Positions 17,740 through 27,707 of a DNA stretch of 32,000 nt are shown one piece after another. A model generated the notes under the pieces. It ran no database searches. It was not told the origin of the DNA and saw only the letters and a list, made by a program, of their open reading frames with translations. Position numbers and translations under genes: made by a program. Source of the stretch: Micrococcus luteus NCTC 2665 (lineage in GTDB: Bacteria > Actinomycetota > Actinomycetes > Actinomycetales > Micrococcaceae). Each line of letters begins with the position of its first letter. Positions within the stretch are counted from its first letter, which is position 1. Location of the stretch: positions 480,001-512,000 of the forward strand of contig NC_012803.1 in the NCBI RefSeq assembly GCF_000023205.1. Reading direction: 5' to 3'.

Positions 17740-20421
17740 ATGCCCACCCCCGTCGATCCCGTCGCCATCCCCTCCGTCCTCTCCGCCGCCCTCGGCCGCC
17801 TCAGCGCCGGCCTGACGTTCGCGGCCGCCCTGCCCGACCTCGAAGCGGCGCTGGACGCGCGCGGGGTGGCCGTCGTCGAGGCGCCCCCGGGCACGGGCAA
17901 GACCACCGTGGTCCCGCCCGCGCTCGTGGTCCGGCTCGCGGACCGCGGCGGTGGGCGCGTCCTGGTCACGCAGCCGCGGCGGGTCGCGGTGCGCGCGGCG
18001 TGGCGGCGGCTGCGCACGGCGGTGCTGGCCGCCGCGGCCGACGTGCAGCCTGGCGCCGACCCCGACGCGCAGGCTCGGCTCGGGGACGCGGCCGTCGGGT
18101 ACGCCGTGCGCGGCGACGCGGCGGGCGGCGGGGCCTCGGCCGTCGAGTTCGTGACCCCGGGCCTGCTGCTGCGCCGCCTCCTGGCCGACCCCGGGCTCGA
18201 CGGCGTGGACGCGGTGGTCCTGGACGAGGTCCACGAGCGGGACCTGGACACGGACGTGCTCTTCGCCCTCCTCGCCGACCTGCGGCAGCTGCGTCCCGAA
18301 CTCGCGCTCGTGGCCATGTCCGCCACCGTGGACGCGGCCGCCCTGGCCGCCCGCTGGGCCCGCGGCATGGGGGAGGACGCGCCCCTGCCCGTGGTCTCCA
18401 CCCCGGCCGTGCTGCACCCGCTGCGCGAGGAGCACGCCCCCTTCCGCGGCCACCGCCTCACCGCCGAGGGCCGCGTGGACCGGGCCTTCCTCGACCACGT
18501 CGCGGCCACGGCCGCGCGCGCCCACGCCGAGGCGCTCGACGCCGACCCGAGCGTGGACGCCCTCGTCTTCCTGCCCGGCGTGGCCGAGGTCGAGACCGTC
18601 GCGGGGCGCGTCGCCGCGCTCGCCCCGGACACCGAGGTCCGCGTCCTGCACGGCCGCCAGGAGCCCGCCGACCAAGACGCCGCGCTCGCCGGCCGTACCG
18701 ACCCCGCCGTGCCGCGCGTCGTCGTCGCGACGGCGGTCGCTGAGTCCTCGCTGACCGTGCCGGGGGTGCGCCTCGTCGTCGACTCGGGCCTGGCCCGCGA
18801 GCCGCGCCGGGACCGGGGGCGGGGCATGGACGGTCTCGTCACCGTCCAAGCATCGCGTGCGGCCGCCGGCCAGCGGGCGGGCCGCGCCGCCCGCCTCGGC
18901 CCCGGCACCGTGGTCCGCTGCCACACCGCCGCGGCCCTGGGCACCGCGCCCGCGGCCCCGACGCCGGCCCTCGCCGTCGTCGACCTCGCGCCGGTGGCCC
19001 TGGCGTTCGCGGCGTGGGGGGCCCCGGGCGGCCGCGGGCTGACCCTGCCCGAGGACCCGCCGGCCGACGCGATGGCCGCCGCCGAGCGCACGCTCGCCTC
19101 CCTCGGCGCGGTGGACGCGGACGGGCGCATCACCCCGCACGGCGCCGTCCTGGCCGAGCTGCCCCTGGACCCGCCCCTCGGCCACGCCCTCCTGCGCGCG
19201 GCACCGTGGACGGGGCCCCGCCCCGCGGCCGAGGCGACGGCGGCCCTCGCCCTGGACCTGCGCGCCCCCGGGGCCGACCTCGAGGCGCTGGTCGCGGCCG
19301 TGCGGGACGGCCGGCACCCGGAGGCCGGGCGCTGGCGCCGGGAGGCGGACCGACTGGAACGACTCGCCCGTCGGCACGCACACCACGCCCCGGATGAGCC
19401 CGGGCCCGAGGCGGCGGCGACCGCGCGGCGGCACCCCGCCGGCCTCGTGGCCGCCCAGGCCTTCCCCGCGTGGATCGCCCGACGCGCGGGGGAGGCGGGC
19501 GCGTACCTGCTCGCCTCCGGCACCCGCGCGGCCCTGCCCCGCGACGCCGTCGGCGGCGGCCTGGCGGGGCAGGAGTGGCTGGCCGTGGCCGAGGTCGCCC
19601 GCGTGGCCGGGGACGCGGCCGGCGCGGGTGCCGTGATCCGCGCGGCCGCGCCGATCGACCGGTCGCTGGCTGAACTCGCCGGCGCGGGCCTGCGGCGCAC
19701 CGAGGACACCGCCGACTGGCGCGGGGACCGGCTCACCGGCCGCCGCGTGGACCGGCTGGGCGCGCTCGTGCTGGCGGAGACGCCGGCGTCCGTGGCCCCC
19801 GACGCCGCCGCACAGGCCGTGCGCGCCGCGCTGGCCGCCGACGGCCTCGCCCGGTTCGACCCGAGCGGTCGGGCCGAACGCCTGCGCCGCCGGGTGCACC
19901 TGCTCCACCGCGTCCTCGGCGCCCCGTGGCCGGACCTCTCGGACGCGGCGCTGCCCGGCCTGGGCGCGCTGGTCGACGGGTTCGCGGCCGACCTGGCCGC
20001 GGGGCGGCCCCTCACGCGCCTGGACGCCGAGGCGCTGCTGCGCGGCGCCCTGCCCTGGCCGGAGGCGGGCCGGTTGGACGAGCTCGCCCCCGAGCGCCTG
20101 CCCGTGCCGAGCGGGCGCGCCGTCGTCGTGGACTATCCGGCCGTCCACGAGGACACCCCGCCCGTGGTCGCCGCCAAGCTGCAGGAGTTCTTCGGGGCGC
20201 GTGTCACCCCCGCCGTGGCGGACGGCCGTGAGCCGGTGGTCCTGCACCTGCTCTCCCCGGCAGGCCGCCCACTCGCCGTGACCGCCGACCTGCCGTCCTT
20301 CTGGGCCGGCCCCTACGCGCAGGTCCGCGCCGAGAACCGCGGGCGATACCCCAAGCACCCGTGGCCCGAGGATCCCGCCGCCGCGGAGCCGACCGCCCGG
20401 ACGAACCGCCGCGCCCGCTGA
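17740..20421 (+). CDS. hrpB: ATP-dependent DEAH-box helicase HrpB
   Basis: The 893-aa product has Walker A APPGTGKTT and a DEVHERD box. The characteristic HrpB C-terminus ...RGRYPKHPWPEDP is present. Confidence 0.92.
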   Translation: MPTPVDPVAIPSVLSAALGRLSAGLTFAAALPDLEAALDARGVAVVEAPPGTGKTTVVPPALVVRLADRGGGRVLVTQPRRVAVRAAWRRLRTAVLAAAADVQPGADPDAQARLGDAAVGYAVRGDAAGGGASAVEFVTPGLLLRRLLADPGLDGVDAVVLDEVHERDLDTDVLFALLADLRQLRPELALVAMSATVDAAALAARWARGMGEDAPLPVVSTPAVLHPLREEHAPFRGHRLTAEGRVDRAFLDHVAATAARAHAEALDADPSVDALVFLPGVAEVETVAGRVAALAPDTEVRVLHGRQEPADQDAALAGRTDPAVPRVVVATAVAESSLTVPGVRLVVDSGLAREPRRDRGRGMDGLVTVQASRAAAGQRAGRAARLGPGTVVRCHTAAALGTAPAAPTPALAVVDLAPVALAFAAWGAPGGRGLTLPEDPPADAMAAAERTLASLGAVDADGRITPHGAVLAELPLDPPLGHALLRAAPWTGPRPAAEATAALALDLRAPGADLEALVAAVRDGRHPEAGRWRREADRLERLARRHAHHAPDEPGPEAAATARRHPAGLVAAQAFPAWIARRAGEAGAYLLASGTRAALPRDAVGGGLAGQEWLAVAEVARVAGDAAGAGAVIRAAAPIDRSLAELAGAGLRRTEDTADWRGDRLTGRRVDRLGALVLAETPASVAPDAAAQAVRAALAADGLARFDPSGRAERLRRRVHLLHRVLGAPWPDLSDAALPGLGALVDGFAADLAAGRPLTRLDAEALLRGALPWPEAGRLDELAPERLPVPSGRAVVVDYPAVHEDTPPVVAAKLQEFFGARVTPAVADGREPVVLHLLSPAGRPLAVTADLPSFWAGPYAQVRAENRGRYPKHPWPEDPAAAEPTARTNRRAR

Positions 20422-20506
20422 GAAAGGGCCCGCGAAACGTGCAGGAATCGCTCCGATGCGTGATGATGGCCGTCACATCCGAATCGCATCGAATGAGGTT
20501 CCACTT

Positions 20507-21811
20507 GTGAGACACGACACGCGGGCACGTCAACGGCGCCGGGCCACGCTGGCCGGCGCCGTCGCCGCGGGCGCGCTCATCCTGGCCGGGTGTGCCCCGG
20601 CCGAGCAGACGCCCACCCTGACCTGGTACACCAACCCCGACGACGGCGGGCAGGCGAAGATCGCCGCCCAGTGCACCGACGCCGCGAACGGCCGGTACCG
20701 AATCGAGACCTCCATGCTCCCGACGGACGCCGCCTCCCAGCGCGAGCAGCTGACCCGCCGCCTCGCCGCGGGCGACACGTCGATGGACATCATGTCCCTC
20801 GACCCGCCGTTCGTCCCCGAGCTCGCCGAGCCCGGCTTCCTGGCCCCCGTGCCGGAGGAGATGCAGGCCTACGCGAAGGACAACGCCCTGGAGGGCGCCC
20901 TCGCGGCCGCCAGCTGGAAGGACGAGCTCGTCACGGTCCCGTTCTGGGCCAACACGCAGCTGCTCTGGTACCGCAAGTCGGTCGCCGAGGCCGCGGGGCT
21001 GGACATGTCCCAGCCCGTCACGTGGGACCAGCTGATCGAGGTCGCCCGCAGCCAGGACAAGGACCTGGCCGTCCAGGGTGCCCGCGCCGAGTCCATGACC
21101 GTGTGGCTCAACGCGCTCATCGAGGGCGGCGGGGAGCAGATCATCCCCAACGCCGAGGCGCCCACGGACGAGGTCACCACGAACCTCGACTCCGAGGCCG
21201 GCCGCACCGCCGCCCGGATCATCTCCACGATCGGCAAGGAGGGCCTCGGAAGCGCCGGCCTGCCGACCCAGGACGAGAATGCCTCCATGCTGCTCTTCCA
21301 GGGCAAGAACGGCTCGTTCATGGTCAACTGGCCGTTCGTCTGGCCGGCCACCCTCGGCTCCGTGGAGGAGGGCTCGCTGCCGGAGGACCTGCCCGAGGAC
21401 ATCGGCTGGGCCGTCTACCCCCGCACCGTGGAGGACAAGGACGCCGCGCCGCCCGTGGGCGGCATCAACCTGGGGGTGGGTGCGAAGTCCGAGCACCAGG
21501 ACCTCGCCTGGGACGCGATCTCCTGCATCACCACCACCGAGCACCAGAGCCAGTACTTCGTCGAGAACGGCAACCCGCCCGCCGACCCGGCGGCCTACGA
21601 CGCCCCCGAGGTCGCCGAGAAGTACCCCATGGCGGACACCATCCGGGAGTCCCTCGAGCTGGGCGCCCCGCGGCCGCAGACCCCGTACTACAACGAGGTC
21701 TCCACCGCGATCCAGCAGCGCTACGCGCCGCCGTCGGGCGTCTCCGAGTCCACCCCGGCCGAGACCGACGACTTCATCCAGGAAGTCCTGAGAGGGGAGC
21801 GTCTGCTGTGA
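20507..21811 (+). CDS. Sugar ABC transporter substrate-binding lipoprotein (CUT1 family, LpqY-like, possibly trehalose-specific)
   Basis: The GTG start at 20507 gives VRHDTRARQRRRATLAGAVAAGALILAGCAP, with a lipobox LAGC. The in-frame ATG at 20456 adds 17 codons with mostly A/T third positions, which is atypical for this genome. Conserved SBP blocks include TNTQLLWYR and NWPFVW. Confidence 0.85.
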   Translation: MRHDTRARQRRRATLAGAVAAGALILAGCAPAEQTPTLTWYTNPDDGGQAKIAAQCTDAANGRYRIETSMLPTDAASQREQLTRRLAAGDTSMDIMSLDPPFVPELAEPGFLAPVPEEMQAYAKDNALEGALAAASWKDELVTVPFWANTQLLWYRKSVAEAAGLDMSQPVTWDQLIEVARSQDKDLAVQGARAESMTVWLNALIEGGGEQIIPNAEAPTDEVTTNLDSEAGRTAARIISTIGKEGLGSAGLPTQDENASMLLFQGKNGSFMVNWPFVWPATLGSVEEGSLPEDLPEDIGWAVYPRTVEDKDAAPPVGGINLGVGAKSEHQDLAWDAISCITTTEHQSQYFVENGNPPADPAAYDAPEVAEKYPMADTIRESLELGAPRPQTPYYNEVSTAIQQRYAPPSGVSESTPAETDDFIQEVLRGERLL

Positions 21812-22779
21812 GCCACGTCGACACCGCACCCGCCGCATCCACCCCGCGTGCCGCCGAGGGGCGCCGACCCCGCCGGGTGAAGTCCCAGCGCGCGAAGTCC
21901 GAGGCGCGTCTCGGCTGGCTCCTGGCCGGCCCGGCGTTCTTCGTGATGCTGTTCGTAGTCCTGTACCCGATCCTGCAGGCCCTCTACGACTCGCTGTTCA
22001 CGTACCGGCTCACCGCGCCGGACGACCGCGAGTTCGTGGGCCTGGGCAACTACGGCGTGATCCTCGCGGACCCCGTGTTCTGGAAGGGCCTCGGGGTGAC
22101 CCTGCTGATCACCGTGGTGACCGTGGTGGTCGAGCTCATCCTCGGCTTCCTGCTGGCCCTGGCCATGCACCACGCCATCAAGCAGACCCGCGGCCTGATC
22201 CGCACGATCATCCTGGTGCCGTACGGCATCATCACCGTGGTCTCCGCGTTCGCGTGGTTCTACATGTTCTCGATCGACTCGGGCTACATCAACGCCTGGT
22301 TCGAGTGGCTGCCGGGCGTCGACGCGGACCTGAACTGGTTCGCGCAGGGCAGCACCGCGCTGTTCGTGATCATGCTCTCCGAGATCTGGAAGACCACCCC
22401 GTTCATCTCCCTGCTCCTGCTGGCCGGCCTGGCCCAGGTGCCGGGAGACCTCACCGAGGCCGCCTCCGTCGACGGCGCCTCCTGGTGGCAGCGGATGAAG
22501 CTGGTCATCCTGCCGAACATGAAGGCCTCGATCATGGTGGCCGTCCTGTTCCGCGCGATGGACGCGTTCCGCATCTTCGACTCCATCTACATCATGACCA
22601 ACGGCGCCTACGGCACCGAGGTCCTCTCGCTGCTGGCCTACCGCACGTCCATCGGCCGGCTCGAGATCGGCATGGGTTCGGCGGTCTCCGTGATCCTGTT
22701 CCTGTGCGTGGCCCTCATGGCGGTCATCGCAGTCAAGGGCTTCAAGGTGGACCTGGCCGACCGAGGAGGTTCCAAGTGA
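21808..22779 (+). CDS. Carbohydrate ABC transporter permease (SugA-like)
   Basis: The 323-aa product has 6 predicted TM segments. An EAA-type loop ([19 protein letters not shown]) is present. The GTG start overlaps the upstream stop (GTGA). Confidence 0.88.
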   Translation: MSHVDTAPAASTPRAAEGRRPRRVKSQRAKSEARLGWLLAGPAFFVMLFVVLYPILQALYDSLFTYRLTAPDDREFVGLGNYGVILADPVFWKGLGVTLLITVVTVVVELILGFLLALAMHHAIKQTRGLIRTIILVPYGIITVVSAFAWFYMFSIDSGYINAWFEWLPGVDADLNWFAQGSTALFVIMLSEIWKTTPFISLLLLAGLAQVPGDLTEAASVDGASWWQRMKLVILPNMKASIMVAVLFRAMDAFRIFDSIYIMTNGAYGTEVLSLLAYRTSIGRLEIGMGSAVSVILFLCVALMAVIAVKGFKVDLADRGGSK

Positions 22780-23663
22780 GCACCGCCGCATCCGCTCCCG
22801 CCGCCGAGGGCCGCGCGCCCCACCGTCGCGGCACCGGGAAGGCCACCGCACTGTGGTGGATCCTCACCGTCGTGATCGGCGTGTGGTGCCTCTTCCCGCT
22901 GTTCTCGATCTTCGCGACCAGCTTCAAGACGCCCGCCGACCTGGCCAACGGCAAGCTGCTGCCCACCCAGTGGTCCACCGTGAACTACGAGGAGATCTTC
23001 GTGGGCGGCTCGCGCGAGCTGTTCCTCACGGCGCTGCGCAATTCGATCGGCATCACCGTGATCGCCACGATCATCGCCGTCATCCTGGCCACGCTGTGCG
23101 CCTACGCGATCGCCCGCCTGGACTTCCCGGGCAAGCGGATCGTGCTCACGGTGTCCCTGATGGTCTCGATGTTCCCCGTCATCTCCCTGGTGACGCCGCT
23201 GTTCAACATGTGGCGCACCCTCGGGCTGTACGACACGTGGCTCGGCCTGATCATCCCCTACCTGTCCCTGACCCTGCCGATCTCCATCTGGACCCTGGCC
23301 GCGTTCTTCCGCCAGATCCCGTGGGAGCTCGACCAGGCCGCGCAGGTGGACGGCGCGACCCCGCTCGAGGCGTTCCGCAAGGTGATCGTCCCGCTGGCCG
23401 CCCCCGGCGTCTTCACGACGGCGATCATCGCCTTCTTCATCGCCTGGAACGACTTCGTGTTCGGCATCTCCCTGACCTCCACCGAGACCGCGCGCACCGT
23501 GCCCGCCGCCCTGGCCTTCTTCACCGGCGCCTCGCAGTTCGAGTCGCCGACCGGGGCCATCTCGGCGGCCGCGATCATCGTGACCATCCCGATCGTGATC
23601 CTGGTGCTGGCGTTCCAGCGTCAGATCGTGGCCGGCCTGACCAACGGCGCGGTGAAGGGCTGA
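22776..23663 (+). CDS. Carbohydrate ABC transporter permease (SugB-like)
   Basis: The 295-aa product has an EAA loop [19 protein letters not shown]. The GTG start overlaps the upstream stop (GTGA), which indicates translational coupling. Confidence 0.88.
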   Translation: MSTAASAPAAEGRAPHRRGTGKATALWWILTVVIGVWCLFPLFSIFATSFKTPADLANGKLLPTQWSTVNYEEIFVGGSRELFLTALRNSIGITVIATIIAVILATLCAYAIARLDFPGKRIVLTVSLMVSMFPVISLVTPLFNMWRTLGLYDTWLGLIIPYLSLTLPISIWTLAAFFRQIPWELDQAAQVDGATPLEAFRKVIVPLAAPGVFTTAIIAFFIAWNDFVFGISLTSTETARTVPAALAFFTGASQFESPTGAISAAAIIVTIPIVILVLAFQRQIVAGLTNGAVKG

Positions 23664-23698
23664 GGCCCGCGCACGAGACCTCTCGAAAGGACCCCCCG

Positions 23699-24991
23699 AT
23701 GGCCTCCATCACCCTGAACCACATCGACAAGACCTACGACGACGGCTTCCACGCCATCAAGGACGTGAACCTGGAGATCGAGGACGGCGAGTTCGTCATC
23801 CTCGTGGGCCCCTCCGGCTCCGGCAAGTCCACGCTGCTGCGCATGATCGTGGGCCTCGAGGACATCACCGACGGCGAGATGCTGATCGACGGCCGCCGCG
23901 TGAACGAGGCGGCCCCCAAGGACCGCAACCTCGCGATGGTGTTCCAGAACTACGCGCTGTACCCGCACCTGACGGTGTACGAGAACATCGCCTTCCCGCT
24001 GCGGCTGATCAAGGAGAACAAGCCCTCCGAGGAGGAGATCGACCGCAAGGTGCGCGACGCCGCCCGCGTGCTCGAGCTCGAGGACCACCTCGAGCGCAAG
24101 CCCGGCAACCTCTCCGGCGGCCAGCGTCAGCGCGTGGCCATGGGCCGGGCGATCGTGCGCGAGGCGGACGCGTTCCTCTTCGACGAGCCGCTGTCCAACC
24201 TGGACGCCAAGCTGCGCGGGCAGATGCGCGCGGAGATCTCGCAGCTGCAGCGCCGCCTGGCCACCACCTCCGTCTACGTGACCCACGACCAGACCGAGGC
24301 CATGACCCTGGGCGATCGGGTGGCCGTGCTCAAGAAGGGCGAGCTGCAGCAGGTGGCCAGCCCGCGCGAGCTCTACGAGCAGCCGCTCAACCTGTTCGTG
24401 GCCGGCTTCATCGGCTCGCCGTCGATGAACTTCCTGCCCGCCTCGCTGAAGCAGAAGGAGGGCGGCCACGTGCTGTCCTCGCCGATCGGTGACATCCCGG
24501 TGCCGCCCGAGAAGGCCCGCGCCGCCGAGGGGCGGGACATCGTGTTCCTCGGCCTGCGGCCGGAGTTCTTCGAGGACGCCGAGCTGGTGGAGGACAGCCG
24601 CCGCGACCAGGGCTCCACCTTCGACGCGACGCTGACGCACCTGGAGTGGCTGGGCCATGAGCAGTACGGCTACATCGAGTTCGATCCGGACCCGGCCGTG
24701 GCCGAGATGCTCTCCTCGCTGGCCAAGGACCTGGACGCGGACGAGCTACGCCCCGTCGTCGTGGCCACCCTCTCCGGCGAGTCCCGCGCCCGGCCGGGCA
24801 CGCCGACCCGCCTGTGGGTGGACACCACGCGGGTGCACCTGTTCGACCCGACCACCGGTGAGAACCTCACCCGCGACCCCGAGGTCGGCGCCGAGCTGAC
24901 CCGCCGGGCCGCCGAGGAGCGCCGCCGCCAGATCGAGATGGCGGCCGAGCGCGACGCCGCCGAGCACGAGGCGGACGCGCCGCGCCGCTGA
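23699..24991 (+). CDS. Sugar ABC transporter ATP-binding protein (SugC/MalK/MsiK family)
   Basis: The 430-aa product has Walker [10 protein letters not shown], the signature LSGGQRQR and Walker [13 protein letters not shown] MalK-type regulatory C-domain is followed by a roughly 40-aa charged tail. Confidence 0.92.
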   Translation: MASITLNHIDKTYDDGFHAIKDVNLEIEDGEFVILVGPSGSGKSTLLRMIVGLEDITDGEMLIDGRRVNEAAPKDRNLAMVFQNYALYPHLTVYENIAFPLRLIKENKPSEEEIDRKVRDAARVLELEDHLERKPGNLSGGQRQRVAMGRAIVREADAFLFDEPLSNLDAKLRGQMRAEISQLQRRLATTSVYVTHDQTEAMTLGDRVAVLKKGELQQVASPRELYEQPLNLFVAGFIGSPSMNFLPASLKQKEGGHVLSSPIGDIPVPPEKARAAEGRDIVFLGLRPEFFEDAELVEDSRRDQGSTFDATLTHLEWLGHEQYGYIEFDPDPAVAEMLSSLAKDLDADELRPVVVATLSGESRARPGTPTRLWVDTTRVHLFDPTTGENLTRDPEVGAELTRRAAEERRRQIEMAAERDAAEHEADAPRR

Positions 24992-25018
24992 GCCGGCGCC
25001 GCGGACGCCGGGGGCGGG

Positions 25019-26023
25019 TCAGTACCCGCCCTCGGCGTCCACCAGGCCCTCCAGCTCCGTCCCGGCCGCGCGGGCCCGCAGGTTCCGCTCGACCCGCGCG
25101 TGGAGCAGCGGGACGCACATCTCCGGGGTGTCCGCCGTGTGCGGCGTGATGAGGGCGCGCTCCTCGGTCCAGAGCGGGTGGCCGTCCGGGAGCGGCTCGG
25201 GGTCGGTGACGTCCGTGCCGTAGCCGTGCAGCCGGCCCGCCGCGAGGGCCTGGACGACGGCGTCCGTGTCCACCAGCGCCCCGCGGGCGACGTTCACGAG
25301 CACGGCGTCCTCGTCCAGGAGGGCGAGGCGGTCGGCGTCGACCATGCCGCGGGTCTCCTCGGTGGCCGCCGCGGCGATCATCACGACCTGCGCGCCGGGC
25401 AGGACCTCGTCGAGGCGGTCGGTCGTGACGGTGCGGTCCGCGCCGGGCACGTCGCCCGCGCGTCGGCGGACCGCGGTGACGTGCACGTCCCAGGTCTTGA
25501 GCAGGCGGATGTACTCCTGTGCGATCCCGCCGCCGCCCACGACCACGGCGTTCAGGCCGTTCAGGGTGCGGCCGGAGGAGGGGCCCCACGTGGTGGCGCG
25601 GACGCGCGCGGGCAGGTCCCGCAGCAGGGCCAGGGTGAGCAGCAGCGCGTGTTCGGCCACCGGCGGCGCGTACGTGCCCTTGGCGGACGTCCACACGATG
25701 TCCGGGCGGCTGCGCACGAGGGGGACGAACGGCTCGATCCCGGCGAACGGGAGCTGCACCCAGCTCACGTGGGGGTGGGCGGCCAGGGCCGCGGCGAGCG
25801 CCTCGACCGGGATCGGGCGGACCATCAGCAGGGCCGTGGCGGAGGTGTCGCCCTCGGCCACGGCGGCGCCGCCGACGTCGGCCACGGCCTGCTCGGCCAG
25901 CCGACGGGCGTGGGCGTAGGGGGTGCCAGCGACGTCCTGCGCCGCGGGGAGGACGAGCAGGCGCTCGGGCGCGTCGTCGGGTCGGGTGCGGGGGAGAGCG
26001 GAAGAGGTGGGCATGGTGCCCAC
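25019..26023 (-). CDS. D-isomer-specific 2-hydroxyacid dehydrogenase family protein (NAD-binding)
   Basis: The 334-aa product has a dinucleotide fold VVVGGGGIAQEY. Catalytic-domain blocks VLVNVARGALVD and ITPHTA are present. GGAGGA lies 9 nt upstream of the GTG start. Confidence 0.85.
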   Translation of the reverse strand: MGTMPTSSALPRTRPDDAPERLLVLPAAQDVAGTPYAHARRLAEQAVADVGGAAVAEGDTSATALLMVRPIPVEALAAALAAHPHVSWVQLPFAGIEPFVPLVRSRPDIVWTSAKGTYAPPVAEHALLLTLALLRDLPARVRATTWGPSSGRTLNGLNAVVVGGGGIAQEYIRLLKTWDVHVTAVRRRAGDVPGADRTVTTDRLDEVLPGAQVVMIAAAATEETRGMVDADRLALLDEDAVLVNVARGALVDTDAVVQALAAGRLHGYGTDVTDPEPLPDGHPLWTEERALITPHTADTPEMCVPLLHARVERNLRARAAGTELEGLVDAEGGY

Positions 26024-26047
26024 CGTCCCACATCCTCCGGGCCCGCT

Positions 26048-26569
26048 TCAGCCGGCGACGGCGTCCCGGTGCGCGGCGGACAGCCGCAGGTAGGTGGCCG
26101 CGTTCTTCTTCAGGCCCTCCCGCTCCTCGTCCGTGAGGGGGCGGCGGACCTTCGCGGGGACGCCCGCCACGAGCGAGCCGGCCGGGACCTGCGTCCCCTC
26201 GAGCACCAGGGCGCCGGCAGCCACGAGCGAACCGGCGCCGATGACCGCGCCGTTCATCACCGTGGCGGACATGCCGATCAGGCAGTCGTCCTCCACGGTG
26301 GCCCCGTGCACCACGGCGGAGTGGCCCACGGAGACACCGGCGCCGAGGGTGCACGGGAAGCCCTCGTCCGCGTGCAGCACCACGTTGTCCTGCAGATTGG
26401 TGCCCGCCCCGACGCGGATGGGGGCGGAGTCGCCGCGGGCGGAGGCGCCGTAGAAGGCGGAGGAGCGCTCGGCCATCTCGACGTCGCCGGTGATCGCGGC
26501 GGTCGGGGCGAGGAAGACGGACTCGTGGATGCGCGGGGTGGCACCCGCGACGGTGATGATGTGGGCCAT
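26048..26569 (-). CDS. Gamma-carbonic-anhydrase-like / hexapeptide-repeat (LbH) protein
   Basis: The 173-aa product shows a left-handed beta-helix hexapeptide periodicity (...IRVGAGTNLQDNVVLHAD...VSVGHSAVVHGATVEDDCLIGMSATVMNGAVIGAGSLVAAGALV...). This is typical of the YrdA/PaaY family. TAGGCT lies 6 nt upstream of the ATG. Confidence 0.85.
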   Translation of the reverse strand: MAHIITVAGATPRIHESVFLAPTAAITGDVEMAERSSAFYGASARGDSAPIRVGAGTNLQDNVVLHADEGFPCTLGAGVSVGHSAVVHGATVEDDCLIGMSATVMNGAVIGAGSLVAAGALVLEGTQVPAGSLVAGVPAKVRRPLTDEEREGLKKNAATYLRLSAAHRDAVAG

Positions 26570-26624
26570 GCCACCAGCCTAGGCGGGCAGCACGACGGCG
26601 CCGAGCGGCGCCGTCGTCCCGGGC

Positions 26625-27530
26625 TCAGCTGAAGACGACGGTCCGCCGCCCGTCTGCGAGGACGCGGTGCTGGGCGTGCCAGCGCACGGCCTGCGCGAGC
26701 GTGGAGCCCTCGACGTCGCGGCCGCGGGCCACGAAGTCGGCGGCGGTCTGGGCGTGGGTCACCGGCTGCACGGACTGCGCGATGATCGGGCCCTCGTCCA
26801 GGTCGGCGGTCACGTAGTGGGCGGTGGCGCCGATGAGCTTCACACCGCGTTCGTGCGCCTGGTGGTAGGGGCGGGCGCCCTTGAAGGAGGGCAGGAACGA
26901 GTGGTGGATGTTGATGGCCATCCCGGCCAGGTCCCGGCACAGCTCGTCCGAGAGGATCTGCATGTAGCGGGCCAGCACCACCAGCTCGATGTCGAACTGG
27001 GCGATCAGGTCGCGCAGCCGGCCCTCCGCGGCCTCCTTGGAGTCCCGGCTCGAGGGGTCCTTCGAGACGGGCACGTGGATGAAGGGCACGCCGTAGAAGG
27101 AGGCGAGCGGCTGCAGGTCCAGGTGGTTCGAGACCACCACGGGGATCTCGATGGGCAGGGTGCCGGCGCGCTGCTGGAAGAGCAGGTCGTTGAGGGTGTG
27201 CCCGTCCTTGGAGCACATCACGAGGGTGCGCATGCGCTGCGCCGCGTCCCACAGGCCCATGCGCATGCCGAACTCCTCGCGCACCGGCGCGAGCGCCTGC
27301 TCGATGTCCTCCCGCGTGGCCGGGGTCACGAACTCCACGCGCATGAAGAAGTCGCCGGTGTCCGGGGAATCATACTGCTGCGACTCGGTGATGTCCGCCT
27401 CCACGCCCAGCAGGGCGCCCGTCACGGCGTGCACAATGCCCTTGCGGTTCGTGCAGGCCAGCGTGAGCACGTGGGCGTGCTCGGCGCCGGAGGCGGGGGA
27501 GGGGCTGGGGGAGAGGGCTGCCGTGTCCAT
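26625..27530 (-). CDS. purU: Formyltetrahydrofolate deformylase
   Basis: The 301-aa product starts MDTAALS. It has an N-terminal ACT-like domain (HVLTLACTNRKGIVHAVTGAL) and a formyltransferase core INIHHSFLPSFKGARPYHQAHERGVKLIGATAHYVTADLDEGPII. Only the last 301 codons of the 854-aa track ORF are credible. Confidence 0.93.
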   Translation of the reverse strand: MDTAALSPSPSPASGAEHAHVLTLACTNRKGIVHAVTGALLGVEADITESQQYDSPDTGDFFMRVEFVTPATREDIEQALAPVREEFGMRMGLWDAAQRMRTLVMCSKDGHTLNDLLFQQRAGTLPIEIPVVVSNHLDLQPLASFYGVPFIHVPVSKDPSSRDSKEAAEGRLRDLIAQFDIELVVLARYMQILSDELCRDLAGMAINIHHSFLPSFKGARPYHQAHERGVKLIGATAHYVTADLDEGPIIAQSVQPVTHAQTAADFVARGRDVEGSTLAQAVRWHAQHRVLADGRRTVVFS

Positions 27531-27707
27531 GGCGTCGATGGTAGGCGGTGCCGGCCGCGCGGAACCGCGGGATGACGGGGCTGATCCCTGGTCGGGGGGC
27601 CGGGCCCCGTGCCATCCTCGAGACCAGGTTCCCCGCCGTCCGACGGCGCGGGAAGCACGACGCGGCGCCCGGCACGGCCGGTCGCCCCAGCAACCGAGGA
27701 GCACCCC

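Noticed and set aside
17677-20358. An 893-aa minus-strand ORF mirroring hrpB, together with 17688..20015
   Set aside because: It is antisense to a helicase gene with clear Walker A and DEVH motifs and the HrpB C-terminal motif. Its composition is the typical high-GC antisense artefact (R/G/A/P-rich). Its third positions correspond to the wrong codon phase.
20456-20506. The ATG at 20456 as the start of the substrate-binding protein
   Set aside because: The 17 extra codons have mostly A/T third positions, unlike every confident gene here. They would also add a long non-signal-peptide extension before the Arg-rich n-region, hydrophobic core and LAGC lipobox. The GTG at 20507 with GAGG upstream is preferred.
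25011-25030. The hairpin GGGCGGGT-CAGT-ACCCGCCC between the ABC ATPase gene and the 2-hydroxyacid dehydrogenase gene
   Set aside because: The stem is only 8 bp, and half of it lies inside the dehydrogenase stop and C-terminal codons. It may contribute to termination but is too weak to call as a feature.
27531-27707. A possible ZTP or other riboswitch in the 177-nt region upstream of purU
   Set aside because: purU has a TACCAT hexamer 7 nt before its ATG, so it is probably leaderless. The minus-strand sequence lacks both the GACUGGCG and CCGCCUGGGC elements. The many small GC stems are not distinctive in this composition.
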